From Candidatus Latescibacterota bacterium (GTDB lineage Bacteria; Latescibacterota; UBA2968): DNA of 64,000 nt. Location: the NCBI GenBank assembly GCA_965116885.1, contig OZ220741.1:1184001-1248000 (forward strand), given 5' to 3'. Both the position numbers and the translations under genes were made by a program. The notes beneath the pieces were generated by a model. It did not search any database. It was given only the letters and a program-made list of their open reading frames with translations, and was not told the origin of the DNA. Shown here one piece after another: positions 48,282-58,042 of this stretch; within the stretch, counting starts at the first letter, position 1, and every line of letters starts with the position of its first letter.

Positions 48282-50522
48282 ATGAAAGTGGGGTCAGTGA
48301 TTTATACAGGTTTTATACTCCTGTTTTGCATATTTAGTGCTGGCTCATCCAGAGGAGAAGCCACAATAGACACACTGTTTCAAAATGCAATGGAACAAGT
48401 CGGACAGGTGAGTCCTGAAGAAAGCATCAAGGCGTTCGAGGCGATTATTTCCAAAGACAGAAATTATGCGCCTGCATACAACGAATTGGCCAAACTGCAT
48501 TTGCTGGATTATAGCGTAAATGGCCGACAACGGGCGAGACAGATAATTCAGAAAGCAATCGAACAGGATCACAAGAATCCAACCTATCAACTGACACGAG
48601 CAAAAATTATGTGGTCGCAGGGCTTTTGGGAGGAGGCGTTAAATCAGTATAAGAAGGTTCATCCGAAAAATACAGAAGCCCTTGATGGTATTGGTATGGC
48701 TCTGGTGTACGAATATCTGTCGATGCGGGACGAAGTCAAAGCCAGAGACAGGGACTTTAGCGGCTTTGCTGCAAAGGCTAACAAAGAAGCCGAGCAAGTA
48801 TTGCTCAAAAGCATCCAATTGAACCCGGAGAATCAGACACCTTATTATTTGCTGGGGATGCTCTATTTTGAAAGCCAGCGTTTTGCAGACTTTCAAGCCT
48901 TGATGAAAAACCTGAAAATGCACTATCCAACAGATAAGAATGTGCTGTTGTTCTGCGGTCTTGCTGAATATGAGGTGGGCGAATTTAACAGCGCACATCA
49001 ATTCTACGCACAGGCACTGGAGCAAATGAGCTTGGGTGAACGCGAGTTGATGGAGTCCATTGATTTGCTTGTGCCACAAGAAGATCCGGATATTCCCGTC
49101 TTGCAATTGTCGCAGGATAAAATTAGCCAGTCTGACGAACTGCTGAGCCGCAACAATTTTTGGAAAAGCCAGGACCCACTCTATTTGTCAGAATTTAACG
49201 AAAGAAAAATGGAACATTTTGGACGCATGGCGTATGCGAATTTGCGGTTCAGACAATTTTCAGATGATATGGAAGGCTGGCAGACAGATATGGGCAAAAC
49301 CTATATCAAATTTGGAAAATTTCGATATCGAAAATCGAGTTCAGTGAGGCGGGTGGAAACCTGGTTTTACGAACAGTTCAAAATTTTTTTTACAGGAAAT
49401 GGCGCTGATCGGTGGCGTTTTGGCGGTGGATTCGAGATCGCTGGTAAACGCTTAAGCCCATCCAGAGCGGCAAGTGCATTTGATGATACCAATGCCGTAG
49501 CTAATTTATTCAGAAGAGAGCCAGGACGAAATGTATATCCCACCAGATTTGAGGAGCGTTCAGACCTTATTTTTTTTAAGACTGAACAGCGTTATGTTGA
49601 TCCGTATCTAAATCGAAAATACACCTTACCCTATCTGGTCGCCGTCTTTCAAGAACGAGACAGCGTGCGGGTTGAACTCAGTTATATGATTCCAAAAGAC
49701 CGCTTAAAAGAGAACCCTGAAACCGGCAAGGTGAGCTTCTGGGATGGCGTGTTCTTATTTGATGAGCATTGGGATGAGATATATAACTATCGCAAATCCG
49801 TGAACTTCGCATTGCCACCACCTGTACCTGCCGAAAACGCAGCCGCAAGACATCGGAACAATCACTTACTGATCTCGCGCAATCTGTATGCGTCCCAAGG
49901 TACTTATCATTTCTCTGTTGAATTATTGGATCAAACATCGGGTGCAATTGGTATAGCACGCAATGAAGAGCAATTTTTGTATAACCAGGAGACCTTTCAT
50001 TTGAGCGATCTATTGGTGGCGAGTAATATTCAAACAAGAAATGCGTTTCCAGAACACCGTGATGACGTGATCATCACACCCAATCCCGTTCGCACCTTTT
50101 CACGATCAGAATCGATCTTCATTTATCTGGAACTCTATGATTTGCAACGCGATAAGTTCGGAAGAACACACTATCAAATCTCCTATACCATTAGCAAGCC
50201 AGAGGTGGATACAGTATCTCCTGCGTTATTTATGTCTCAAAAATTACTCGATACTCTGGGAAAAACAGAGATTGATATAAGTGTCAGGAGCCAGGTGCAT
50301 CATACAGAGGCGCAAGATTTGAATATCGAACGCTCACAGGACAGTGATGTGATCCGCACAGTAACAGCCAATTACGAAGGCAATCGAGAAGATGACTTCA
50401 CCTACTTGCAGATCAATGTGAACCAGATACCCGAAGGGATTTATCAATTAACCGTATTCGCGAAAGACGAACAGACCGAGCAGACGGATATGCAACACAT
50501 CTATTTCCGTATCGTAGAATAA
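48282..50522 (+). CDS. Exported TPR + GWxTD domain protein
   Basis: Signal-like N-terminus, TPR-like repeats, FWKSQDP..NE..EH..R..YAN..F..GWQTDMGKTYIKFG. Confidence 0.85.
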   Translation: MKVGSVIYTGFILLFCIFSAGSSRGEATIDTLFQNAMEQVGQVSPEESIKAFEAIISKDRNYAPAYNELAKLHLLDYSVNGRQRARQIIQKAIEQDHKNPTYQLTRAKIMWSQGFWEEALNQYKKVHPKNTEALDGIGMALVYEYLSMRDEVKARDRDFSGFAAKANKEAEQVLLKSIQLNPENQTPYYLLGMLYFESQRFADFQALMKNLKMHYPTDKNVLLFCGLAEYEVGEFNSAHQFYAQALEQMSLGERELMESIDLLVPQEDPDIPVLQLSQDKISQSDELLSRNNFWKSQDPLYLSEFNERKMEHFGRMAYANLRFRQFSDDMEGWQTDMGKTYIKFGKFRYRKSSSVRRVETWFYEQFKIFFTGNGADRWRFGGGFEIAGKRLSPSRAASAFDDTNAVANLFRREPGRNVYPTRFEERSDLIFFKTEQRYVDPYLNRKYTLPYLVAVFQERDSVRVELSYMIPKDRLKENPETGKVSFWDGVFLFDEHWDEIYNYRKSVNFALPPPVPAENAAARHRNNHLLISRNLYASQGTYHFSVELLDQTSGAIGIARNEEQFLYNQETFHLSDLLVASNIQTRNAFPEHRDDVIITPNPVRTFSRSESIFIYLELYDLQRDKFGRTHYQISYTISKPEVDTVSPALFMSQKLLDTLGKTEIDISVRSQVHHTEAQDLNIERSQDSDVIRTVTANYEGNREDDFTYLQINVNQIPEGIYQLTVFAKDEQTEQTDMQHIYFRIVE

Positions 50523-50701
50523 ATATTGGATACCAATTCATGGTTAGCTATATTTTTTAAATTGAAGACTTGGGTGGTATTAAAATTTACGATCCTGTAC
50601 AAGAAATAGCCGTTGAACACTGACCGAAGTAGAATAAACCCCTTGCACACAATAAAGCGTTGTACTCATTGTGATAAATAATAGTTCTACAGATGATACA
50701 G

Positions 50702-50738
50702 CAGGCATATTGAAATCAAAACAATGTGCCTGTTTTTT
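50702..50738 (+). terminator. Intrinsic terminator directly upstream of cassette copy 4
   Basis: CAGGCATATTG-N9-CAATGTGCCTG-TTTTTT. Confidence 0.7.
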
Positions 50739-50742
50739 ATTA

Positions 50743-50864
50743 TAAGTGTTCATTTTCGGACACTACTGTATCAAAATCGGACACTTATGGAACGGCGTTC
50801 ATGACACAAATTTTCATAACTATTTGTAAAACATAGAAAAGAGTCTTTTGGCACGGAAATTGCT
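50743..50864 (+). promoter_or_regulatory. Sigma54 promoter cassette copy 4 (UAS 50743-50786, -24/-12 at 50849-50864)
   Basis: Identical 44-mer; TGGCACG-GAAA-TTGCT. Confidence 0.85.
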
Positions 50865-50928
50865 TAGTATTTTGATACACTCACTTTACCTGTATGGTGC
50901 AAATCCTATCCCTGCACAGGAAAAACCA

Positions 50929-53328
50929 ATGTTGTCTCTATTTATCAGCTATCTGAAAACAGCGATCCGCAACCTCGCCAGGCATCGCATCTACTCGGCC
51001 ATCAACACCATCGGCCTCGCTATCGGCCTTGCCTTCTGCATTATCACCTACCTCTTTGTCCATCACGAATGGACCTACGACATCTTTCACGAAAACGCCG
51101 ACCGCATCTATCGGGTTTATGTACAAACGCCATCCGGAATTGGAGAAGACCCCCGAGCCACTGACGGCGCGGCACTGAGGGAGGCCTTCCCCGAGATGCA
51201 AACGGCTCGTTCAGGGGGGGGATTCGGAAAAATTGGCACAGACGACCGCGCTTTTCGAGCCTTGTGGCGTTATGTCGATTCCAGCTTCCTCGAAATATTT
51301 TCATTTCCAGTCATTCGTGGCGAGGCCACTCTTCAAGACAAGTATTCGGCGCTTATAACGGAAAGAACTGCGCAAAAGTATTTCAAGGATGCCAATGCGA
51401 TTGGCGAGGCACTTCCCATCCAGCATTTCAATCCCGTGCTGCGCAAAGACGAAATTAAAAATTACACCGTCACGGGCATACTGAAAAATGTGCCCAAAAA
51501 TTCTACGCTTCAATTTGACATGCTATTGCCTTTTGAAGGAAGCGCGTACGCAGAGAGTAAATACGCCAAGGCGGACGCGTATATGCTGCTTCCGCCAAAT
51601 GTAAATCCCAATAGCCTTGAACAACAATTTCCCAAATGGACCAAAATCTGGTGGGGCGAAAAGAGCGAAAACCAGCTCAAACTTCAGCCACTCGCGCAAA
51701 TGCACTTCAATCCAATTGCCCAGACCTCGGATGCCAGCAATCCCATTTACACGTACATCTTATCGGGCATAGCCCTACTCGTGCTATTTATCGCCTGTGT
51801 CAACTTCACAACCCTGACACTCGGACGACAGGCAACGCGGGCGCGAGAAGTCGGCTTGCGAAAAGTCGTAGGCGCAAAACGCATGCAAATCGCAAACCAA
51901 TTTATCGGCGAATCCCTCTTACTCATCTTCATAGCACTCATCGCCGGCATTGCCAGCGCAGAACTCGCCCTGCCAACATTCAACACCCTATCTCACCAAT
52001 CCCTATCTATGAGCGACGGCCTCAATCTCACAACACTCGCCTTTCTCATTCTGTTGATCAGCCTCGTCGGCATCACAGCAGGGGGTTATCCCGCCTTTGT
52101 GCTATCCCGATTGCAGCCAACCCAGATTATAACGAGCCGATTGAGAGTCAAAACGGGCAATCGCTTTGGTAGTATATTGGTCATTTTTCAGTTTGCCCTA
52201 TCCATATTCTTCATCATCACCACCTTAATGATGGGCAAACAACTCGCTTATTTGCGAACCAAACCCCTGGGATTCCAGGCCGAACACCTCGTCTCCATCT
52301 CGACCATGGAAATGGTCTTTAGAAGAGGAGAATACAGAACCCTGCCCACTGTTTTTCGGGACGCACTACAGTCCTATCCGGGGGTGATCAGCACAACCTG
52401 GTTTAATGGTGGCGATTTATACAGCAATATGTTCGCGCATCCGCGCCCTCCCAGTATTTTTGTGAGCTATGAAGACAGTCAAGAACAACCGGTTGAAATG
52501 ATGTCTATTAACTACGATGTGTTCAAGACGCTCGACATAAAACTTCTTGCAGGTCGGGAATACTCAGAGGAATTTCCAACCGATCAAAGAAAATCGATTA
52601 TCGTCAACGAAGCGTTGGTCAAAAAACTCGGTATAGAAGACCCGATTGGTAAAACGATCAGAGAGGTCCGAAAAATAAGACCCCGCACTATCTCACGCTC
52701 CAAAACCATCATTGGCGTCGTTGGCGACTTCCATTTTCGCTCTATGCATCACGAAATTGGGCCTGTTATTATGACCCTCTTTACAACTGACCATTCCAGC
52801 TTGCTGGTTCGCATCCATCCCGAAAATGTGCCGGGCACCATCGCATTCATGAAAGAAAAATGGGAAGAAATCGCACCCGCTCTGGAATTCAGATTTTCGT
52901 TTGTCGATGAAAACATAGACAGACAATACCACAAAGAAGAACGCTGGAATCTTATGATCCAATACGCCACTGGATTCGCCATCTTCATCGCTGCACTCGG
53001 CGCATTCGGACTGGCGGCACTCGCCACAGCGCGACGCACCAAAGAAATAGGCATTCGCAAAGTACTGGGCGCATCTCAGGCGCAAATTTTATCCCTACTC
53101 TCACGAGAATTTGTCCTCTACATCGCCCTATCGAGCCTCATCGCATTCCCCATCGCCTATTACGCGACCAATCAATGGTTACAAACCTTCGCCTACCGCA
53201 CCGAATTGGGTATCGGTATATTCTTACTCGGCAGCGTCGCCCTATTCCTCGTCGTATTCACAACCGTCACCACCCAGACCCTCAAAGCCTCACGCGCAAA
53301 CCCGGCGGACGCCTTGAGAGATGAGTGA
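50929..53328 (+). CDS. MacB/FtsX-type ABC permease #10 (type B)
   Basis: Paralogue of #4 and #7. Start at ATG 50929; the ORF-track start at 50848 lies in the sigma54 promoter. Confidence 0.95.
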   Translation: MLSLFISYLKTAIRNLARHRIYSAINTIGLAIGLAFCIITYLFVHHEWTYDIFHENADRIYRVYVQTPSGIGEDPRATDGAALREAFPEMQTARSGGGFGKIGTDDRAFRALWRYVDSSFLEIFSFPVIRGEATLQDKYSALITERTAQKYFKDANAIGEALPIQHFNPVLRKDEIKNYTVTGILKNVPKNSTLQFDMLLPFEGSAYAESKYAKADAYMLLPPNVNPNSLEQQFPKWTKIWWGEKSENQLKLQPLAQMHFNPIAQTSDASNPIYTYILSGIALLVLFIACVNFTTLTLGRQATRAREVGLRKVVGAKRMQIANQFIGESLLLIFIALIAGIASAELALPTFNTLSHQSLSMSDGLNLTTLAFLILLISLVGITAGGYPAFVLSRLQPTQIITSRLRVKTGNRFGSILVIFQFALSIFFIITTLMMGKQLAYLRTKPLGFQAEHLVSISTMEMVFRRGEYRTLPTVFRDALQSYPGVISTTWFNGGDLYSNMFAHPRPPSIFVSYEDSQEQPVEMMSINYDVFKTLDIKLLAGREYSEEFPTDQRKSIIVNEALVKKLGIEDPIGKTIREVRKIRPRTISRSKTIIGVVGDFHFRSMHHEIGPVIMTLFTTDHSSLLVRIHPENVPGTIAFMKEKWEEIAPALEFRFSFVDENIDRQYHKEERWNLMIQYATGFAIFIAALGAFGLAALATARRTKEIGIRKVLGASQAQILSLLSREFVLYIALSSLIAFPIAYYATNQWLQTFAYRTELGIGIFLLGSVALFLVVFTTVTTQTLKASRANPADALRDE

Positions 53329-53431
53329 AAATAAGAGTCCCATTGACGCAAAACAAAGTTGAATATTGTTCAAAGTATGATTATTTTTCCCATTCAGCAT
53401 TCATACCAAACTCTGGAAAGAGGGTACAAAC

Positions 53432-54790
53432 GTGTCAACACCCGAACGAGATGATTCACAAAAAAAGAAAGCCGTACCCAGCTTTGTAGGCAGGGGGTCT
53501 TCCTCGCCCGAACCGTCACCAGAAGCCACGAGCCAGGACGGCATGGACCGCAGGGTCGAAAAGAAAGTATGGACGCCAAAACGCATTGCCAGCATCAGCG
53601 GGATCGCCGTATTTGTGTGTGCCGTGATCTACATGGCTGTCTTTGGCGACCACAGCGCCAGACTCAATGTACAGGTCGATCGAATTACCATCTCAGAAGT
53701 CACGCGCGGACCCTTCCAGGAATTTACCGTCCAGCGCGGCACTGTATTGCCAATTCAAACCTATTATATCGACGCACTGGAAGGCGGACAAATAGAGGAA
53801 ATCTTCCTGGAAGAAGGAACAATGGTCGAAAAAGGCAGGCCCATTTTGAAATTGTCAAACCCCACCCTGGAGCAAAATATTTTAACCCAGGAAGCCCGTC
53901 TGTTTGAACAGATCAACAACATGGAAAACACCCGGTTGAACCTGGAAAATCGGGCCATCCGCAACCGCCAGGAACTGATGCGCGTTGAATTGAACTTGCG
54001 GGAGACAGAACGACAATACGAAAAGCAGAAAGTTTTGTTCGAACGCGGATTGACTTCCCAAGACCTGTTTGAAAGTGCGCGGGATCGATATCAAAACGAT
54101 CAAAAACGCAGGTCATTTGCATTGGAAACAGTACGCCAGGACTCGCTGTATCGCATCAACCAACTCGCTGCACTGGACACGAGCGCCAGGAGTTTGCAAC
54201 GGCAATTGGAGCATGTGCGCCGTCCGTTAGAGAACCTGACCGTGCGCGCGCCCATTGCCGGACAATTGTCCCAATTAAATGCGGAAATCGGCCAGTTGAT
54301 GAACAGGGGAAGGCGCATTGGTCAAGTCGATGTACTCGACGCCTATAAAATGCGGGTGGGCATCGATGAATTTTACATCACCAGAATCACAAAAGGACTC
54401 AAAGGCACCATTGAGATCGACGATGAAACTTATGAACTCACAATCCGCCGGGTCTTTCCCGAAGTCTTAGAAGGACAATTTGAAGTCGATATGGATTTTG
54501 TAGATGCGACACCGCAAAGCATTCGGCGCGGTCAAACAGAACAGATACGATTGGAACTCGACGCACCCGAAGAAGCCCTCTTGCTCCCCCGCGGTGGATT
54601 TTATCAAACAACAGGCGGCAACTGGGTATTTGTCGTCGAAGGCGACGAAGCCATACGCCGCGAAGTGCGCATAGGCCGCCAAAGCCCCGAATACTTCGAA
54701 GTCCTCGCTGGCCTCTCTCCCAGCGAGCGCGTGGTCACATCGTCTTATGACAATTACGAAGAAATCGATAAGTTAGTTTTAAAAAGGTAA
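53432..54790 (+). CDS. HlyD/MacA-family periplasmic adaptor (membrane fusion protein)
   Basis: Single N-terminal TM, EGGQIEEI..EEG lipoyl half, coiled coil, VRAPIAG, EVLAGL. Alternative start at ATG 53543. Confidence 0.92.
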   Translation: MSTPERDDSQKKKAVPSFVGRGSSSPEPSPEATSQDGMDRRVEKKVWTPKRIASISGIAVFVCAVIYMAVFGDHSARLNVQVDRITISEVTRGPFQEFTVQRGTVLPIQTYYIDALEGGQIEEIFLEEGTMVEKGRPILKLSNPTLEQNILTQEARLFEQINNMENTRLNLENRAIRNRQELMRVELNLRETERQYEKQKVLFERGLTSQDLFESARDRYQNDQKRRSFALETVRQDSLYRINQLAALDTSARSLQRQLEHVRRPLENLTVRAPIAGQLSQLNAEIGQLMNRGRRIGQVDVLDAYKMRVGIDEFYITRITKGLKGTIEIDDETYELTIRRVFPEVLEGQFEVDMDFVDATPQSIRRGQTEQIRLELDAPEEALLLPRGGFYQTTGGNWVFVVEGDEAIRREVRIGRQSPEYFEVLAGLSPSERVVTSSYDNYEEIDKLVLKR

Positions 54791-54821
54791 GCTGATTGCT
54801 TTTTACAAAAGGAGTCTCACA

Positions 54822-55499
54822 ATGATCAAAACCGTCAACCTCGAGAAAGTCTATACCACAGAAGAAGTGGAAACAACCGCCCTGAACAATGTCAACATAG
54901 ATATTGAAGAAGGCGAATTTGTCGCCGTAATGGGACCATCGGGATGCGGCAAATCCACACTCTTGAACGTCCTCGGTCTGCTGGACAACCCGAGCGGTGG
55001 AGAATACTTTCTGAACGAAGAAGAAGTCTCCAAACACACCGAGCGGCAAAGAGCCAACACCCGCAAGTCAAACATCGGCTTTGTATTTCAAAGTTTCAAT
55101 CTCATCGACGAACTGACCGTCGCCGAAAACGTGGAACTGCCCCTGTTATATCTCGGCTTACCAGCCAGCGAGCGCAAACAGCGCCTGGACGAATCCCTCG
55201 AATACATGGGCATCAAACACCGCGAAAAGCATTTCCCGCAGCAATTATCGGGCGGTCAGCAGCAGCGCGTAGCCGTGGCCAGAGCCGTCATAGCAAACCC
55301 CAACATCATCCTCGCAGACGAGCCAACGGGTAATCTCGACTCGTCAAACGGCAACGAAGTCATGGATCTGTTGACCGAACTAAACAAAAACGGCACCACA
55401 ATCGTGATGGTGACCCACAACTCGCACGACGCGGGATACGCGCATCGCATCATCCACTTATTCGACGGCCATGTCGTGACAGAGAACATCAAAGGATAG
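54822..55499 (+). CDS. MacB/LolD-type ABC ATP-binding protein 1
   Basis: [39 protein letters not shown]. Confidence 0.97.
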   Translation: MIKTVNLEKVYTTEEVETTALNNVNIDIEEGEFVAVMGPSGCGKSTLLNVLGLLDNPSGGEYFLNEEEVSKHTERQRANTRKSNIGFVFQSFNLIDELTVAENVELPLLYLGLPASERKQRLDESLEYMGIKHREKHFPQQLSGGQQQRVAVARAVIANPNIILADEPTGNLDSSNGNEVMDLLTELNKNGTTIVMVTHNSHDAGYAHRIIHLFDGHVVTENIKG

Positions 55500-55510
55500 C
55501 GGAAAACCGC

Positions 55511-57946
55511 ATGCTCAAAAACTATCTCAAAATCGCCATTCGCAACATCGCCAGAAATAAGACATTCTCAGCAATCAACATCCTGGGACTCGCGATTGGG
55601 ATGGCGTGCTGTGTGCTGATTTTTTCGATGATACATCAGCAATGGTCTTTTGATCGGTTTCACAAAAACAGAGATGTGATCTTTCGGGTATTAACGCGGG
55701 AAATCACCAAAGAAGGCGAAATCGCATTTATAGTATTACAGCCGAAGGATCTCGCAGGCGCATTGAAGGACGCGTTTCCAGAAATCGTTCACACAACGCG
55801 ATTTGCCAATTCGCATGTAATTGTCGGGCGAGAGGACAAGCTGTTTCAAGAACGCATTTCACTAACAGATCCCGCGTATCTACAGATGTTCACCTATCCG
55901 CTATTAGCCGGAGATGCAAATACAGCACTTGACGATTTGCACAGCGTGGTCATCAGCGAGCGCGTGGCGAAAAAATACTTTGGTGAGACAGAAAATTACG
56001 CCCATGTGATCGGCCAATCACTGCGTATTAAAGGCACTCGAGATCCGCAAGATTTTGTGGTGACAGGCATTATGAAAGCCTTGCCGTTGACCTCCAGTAT
56101 GCGTGGAAATGATATTCTAATACCCTTTGAGAATGCATATCGAGATGAGACATGGTATTTTAGGATGTCGCAGTCCTGGAGTGGGAATGTTGTATCGACC
56201 TATATTCAAATCCAGGACGCGAGTCAGGCAACAGCATTAAATGAAAAACTCGCTTCTTTTACCAGCGAACTTCTGGACAAGCAGCGAAGCAGAAGGATCA
56301 AGAGCGGACGTATTCAAGATCGCGCCGATGCGTTTCGATTGCAATTGCAAGCACTCGTAGATATTCATTTTGAAAATGAAATGCGCGGAGGATACGCACA
56401 AAAGATCAGCCCGATGTTTGCCTATGTCTTATCAGCCATTGGTATGGCGGTGTTGCTGATCGCCTGTATCAATTTTACAACTCTGTCACTGGGACAATCG
56501 ACGCAGCGGTCACTGGAAGTGGGCATGCGCAAGGTGTTAGGCGCACATCGCGGTAATTTGATGCGGCAGTTTTGGGGTGAAACGCTACTGATGAGCGTCC
56601 TCGCTCTGATTCTGGGATCGATACTTGCCAGGTTGTTCTTGCCAGTATTCAACGACATGAGTGCCGGGCAAGTGACAATCGCCCTCAGTTGGGAATTGAT
56701 TGTCGCGCTCACAGGTGTACTCGTATTTGTCGGACTCGCCGCTGGCAGTTATCCAGCACTAATACTGTCAAAATTTCAACCCATATCTGTATTCAAGGGC
56801 AACACGCGGACAAAACGTCGCAAACCCTTCACAAGTGCCCTCGTGGTAGTGCAATATACCTTGTCGATCGTATTGATGATCGGCACGGGCATTATGGCGC
56901 AACAATTGGATTATTTGCAGTCGAAAAATTTGGGATATACCAGCGAACAGGTGGTGGTCCTGGACAAAGCAACGCCGGAAACGCCCCAACGCTTGCGCGA
57001 TGCCTTACGCGGTCATGATCGCATCGTAAATATTGCTGGCGGTGGCTATTCATTTGTAAATAGCCAAGAACAAAGAGGTCATAGATTGCCCAATGGCAAG
57101 TCGATCACGATCTGGACCATGTGGATTGATGAAGCCTATCTAAAAACACTGGGCATTGACCTGAAGATGGGGCGAAACTTTTCTCCAGAATTTCCGAGCG
57201 ATCCTCAGCGGGCTGTAATTGTGAACGAGAGGCTGGTAGATATCTTTGGATGGGATAACCCCATTGGACAGCCAGTCCCCGTACTGAACAAAAAAGAGCC
57301 GCATCAAGTGATTGGGGTGGTGAAAAATTTTCATTTTCAATCACTTCACAACGAAATCAAGCCGATTGTATTCTATAACTCAATAGGCGACTCGCCAGGC
57401 GATCGTGGCCCGAGCGTAATTCTCGTGCGTATTCGTCCAGAAGACATAAACGGCAGTATTGAATTGCTGCGAGAAACCTGGAAAAAAATAGAACCCGCAC
57501 GTCCATTTTCTTTCGCATTTCTGGACCAACAGGTCAACCAGCAATACCGCAGGGAACAGCACTGGCTCCAGATCGTCTGGTACGCATCGGGATTTGGCAT
57601 CTTAATCGCATGTCTGGGTTTATTCGGCCTCGCATCCCTATCTGTTTCGCAACGCACGAAAGAAATAGGCATCCGCAAAGTATTGGGCGCATCGGTAAGT
57701 GAAATCACCGCACTCCTATCCCGGGAATTTGTGCTCCTGCTCACCATCGCCAATCTCATCGCCTGGCCCATAGCCTACTGGGCAATGGGACAATGGCTCA
57801 ACGGCTTTGCATATCGCATTGAACCCGGCATAAAAATATATCTTCTATGTAGCCTATTAGCCGTAGTCATCGCCCTGTGTACCATAAGCCTTCAAGCCAT
57901 CCGCGCCGCGCGTTCCAATCCCGTTGACGCCCTGCGGTATGAGTAG
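55511..57946 (+). CDS. MacB/FtsX-type ABC permease #11
   Basis: Double FtsX architecture; N-terminus resembles type C. Confidence 0.95.
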   Translation: MLKNYLKIAIRNIARNKTFSAINILGLAIGMACCVLIFSMIHQQWSFDRFHKNRDVIFRVLTREITKEGEIAFIVLQPKDLAGALKDAFPEIVHTTRFANSHVIVGREDKLFQERISLTDPAYLQMFTYPLLAGDANTALDDLHSVVISERVAKKYFGETENYAHVIGQSLRIKGTRDPQDFVVTGIMKALPLTSSMRGNDILIPFENAYRDETWYFRMSQSWSGNVVSTYIQIQDASQATALNEKLASFTSELLDKQRSRRIKSGRIQDRADAFRLQLQALVDIHFENEMRGGYAQKISPMFAYVLSAIGMAVLLIACINFTTLSLGQSTQRSLEVGMRKVLGAHRGNLMRQFWGETLLMSVLALILGSILARLFLPVFNDMSAGQVTIALSWELIVALTGVLVFVGLAAGSYPALILSKFQPISVFKGNTRTKRRKPFTSALVVVQYTLSIVLMIGTGIMAQQLDYLQSKNLGYTSEQVVVLDKATPETPQRLRDALRGHDRIVNIAGGGYSFVNSQEQRGHRLPNGKSITIWTMWIDEAYLKTLGIDLKMGRNFSPEFPSDPQRAVIVNERLVDIFGWDNPIGQPVPVLNKKEPHQVIGVVKNFHFQSLHNEIKPIVFYNSIGDSPGDRGPSVILVRIRPEDINGSIELLRETWKKIEPARPFSFAFLDQQVNQQYRREQHWLQIVWYASGFGILIACLGLFGLASLSVSQRTKEIGIRKVLGASVSEITALLSREFVLLLTIANLIAWPIAYWAMGQWLNGFAYRIEPGIKIYLLCSLLAVVIALCTISLQAIRAARSNPVDALRYE

Positions 57947-57948
57947 TC

Positions 57949-58016
57949 GGGACGGCACAGGGACCGTCCCCTACGATGATACTGTGGTTTGTAGGGGCGA
58001 CCCCCTGTGGTCGCCC
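57949..58016. repeat. Inverted REP doublet (REPIN-like), GTAG family
   Basis: GGGACGGCACAGGGACCGTCCCCTAC-N16-GTAGGGGCGACCCCCTGTGGTCGCCC. Confidence 0.8.
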
Positions 58017-58042
58017 GTTGACCGTTGTTCCGGAGAATCACC

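Noticed and set aside
11487..50786. The four identical 44-bp repeats as a CRISPR array or IS/MITE ends
   Set aside because: They are 5-21 kb apart with no spacers, cas genes, transposase or target duplications. Their fixed distance to a -24/-12 motif fits an enhancer.
50848..50928. 27-aa N-terminal extension of permease #10 in the ORF track
   Set aside because: The TTG start is part of the sigma54 -24 element. Paralogy and the RBS support ATG 50929.
18658..53328. Diversity-generating retroelement driving permease variation
   Set aside because: No reverse transcriptase or non-coding template repeat was found. The differences include indels and are not visibly adenine-specific.
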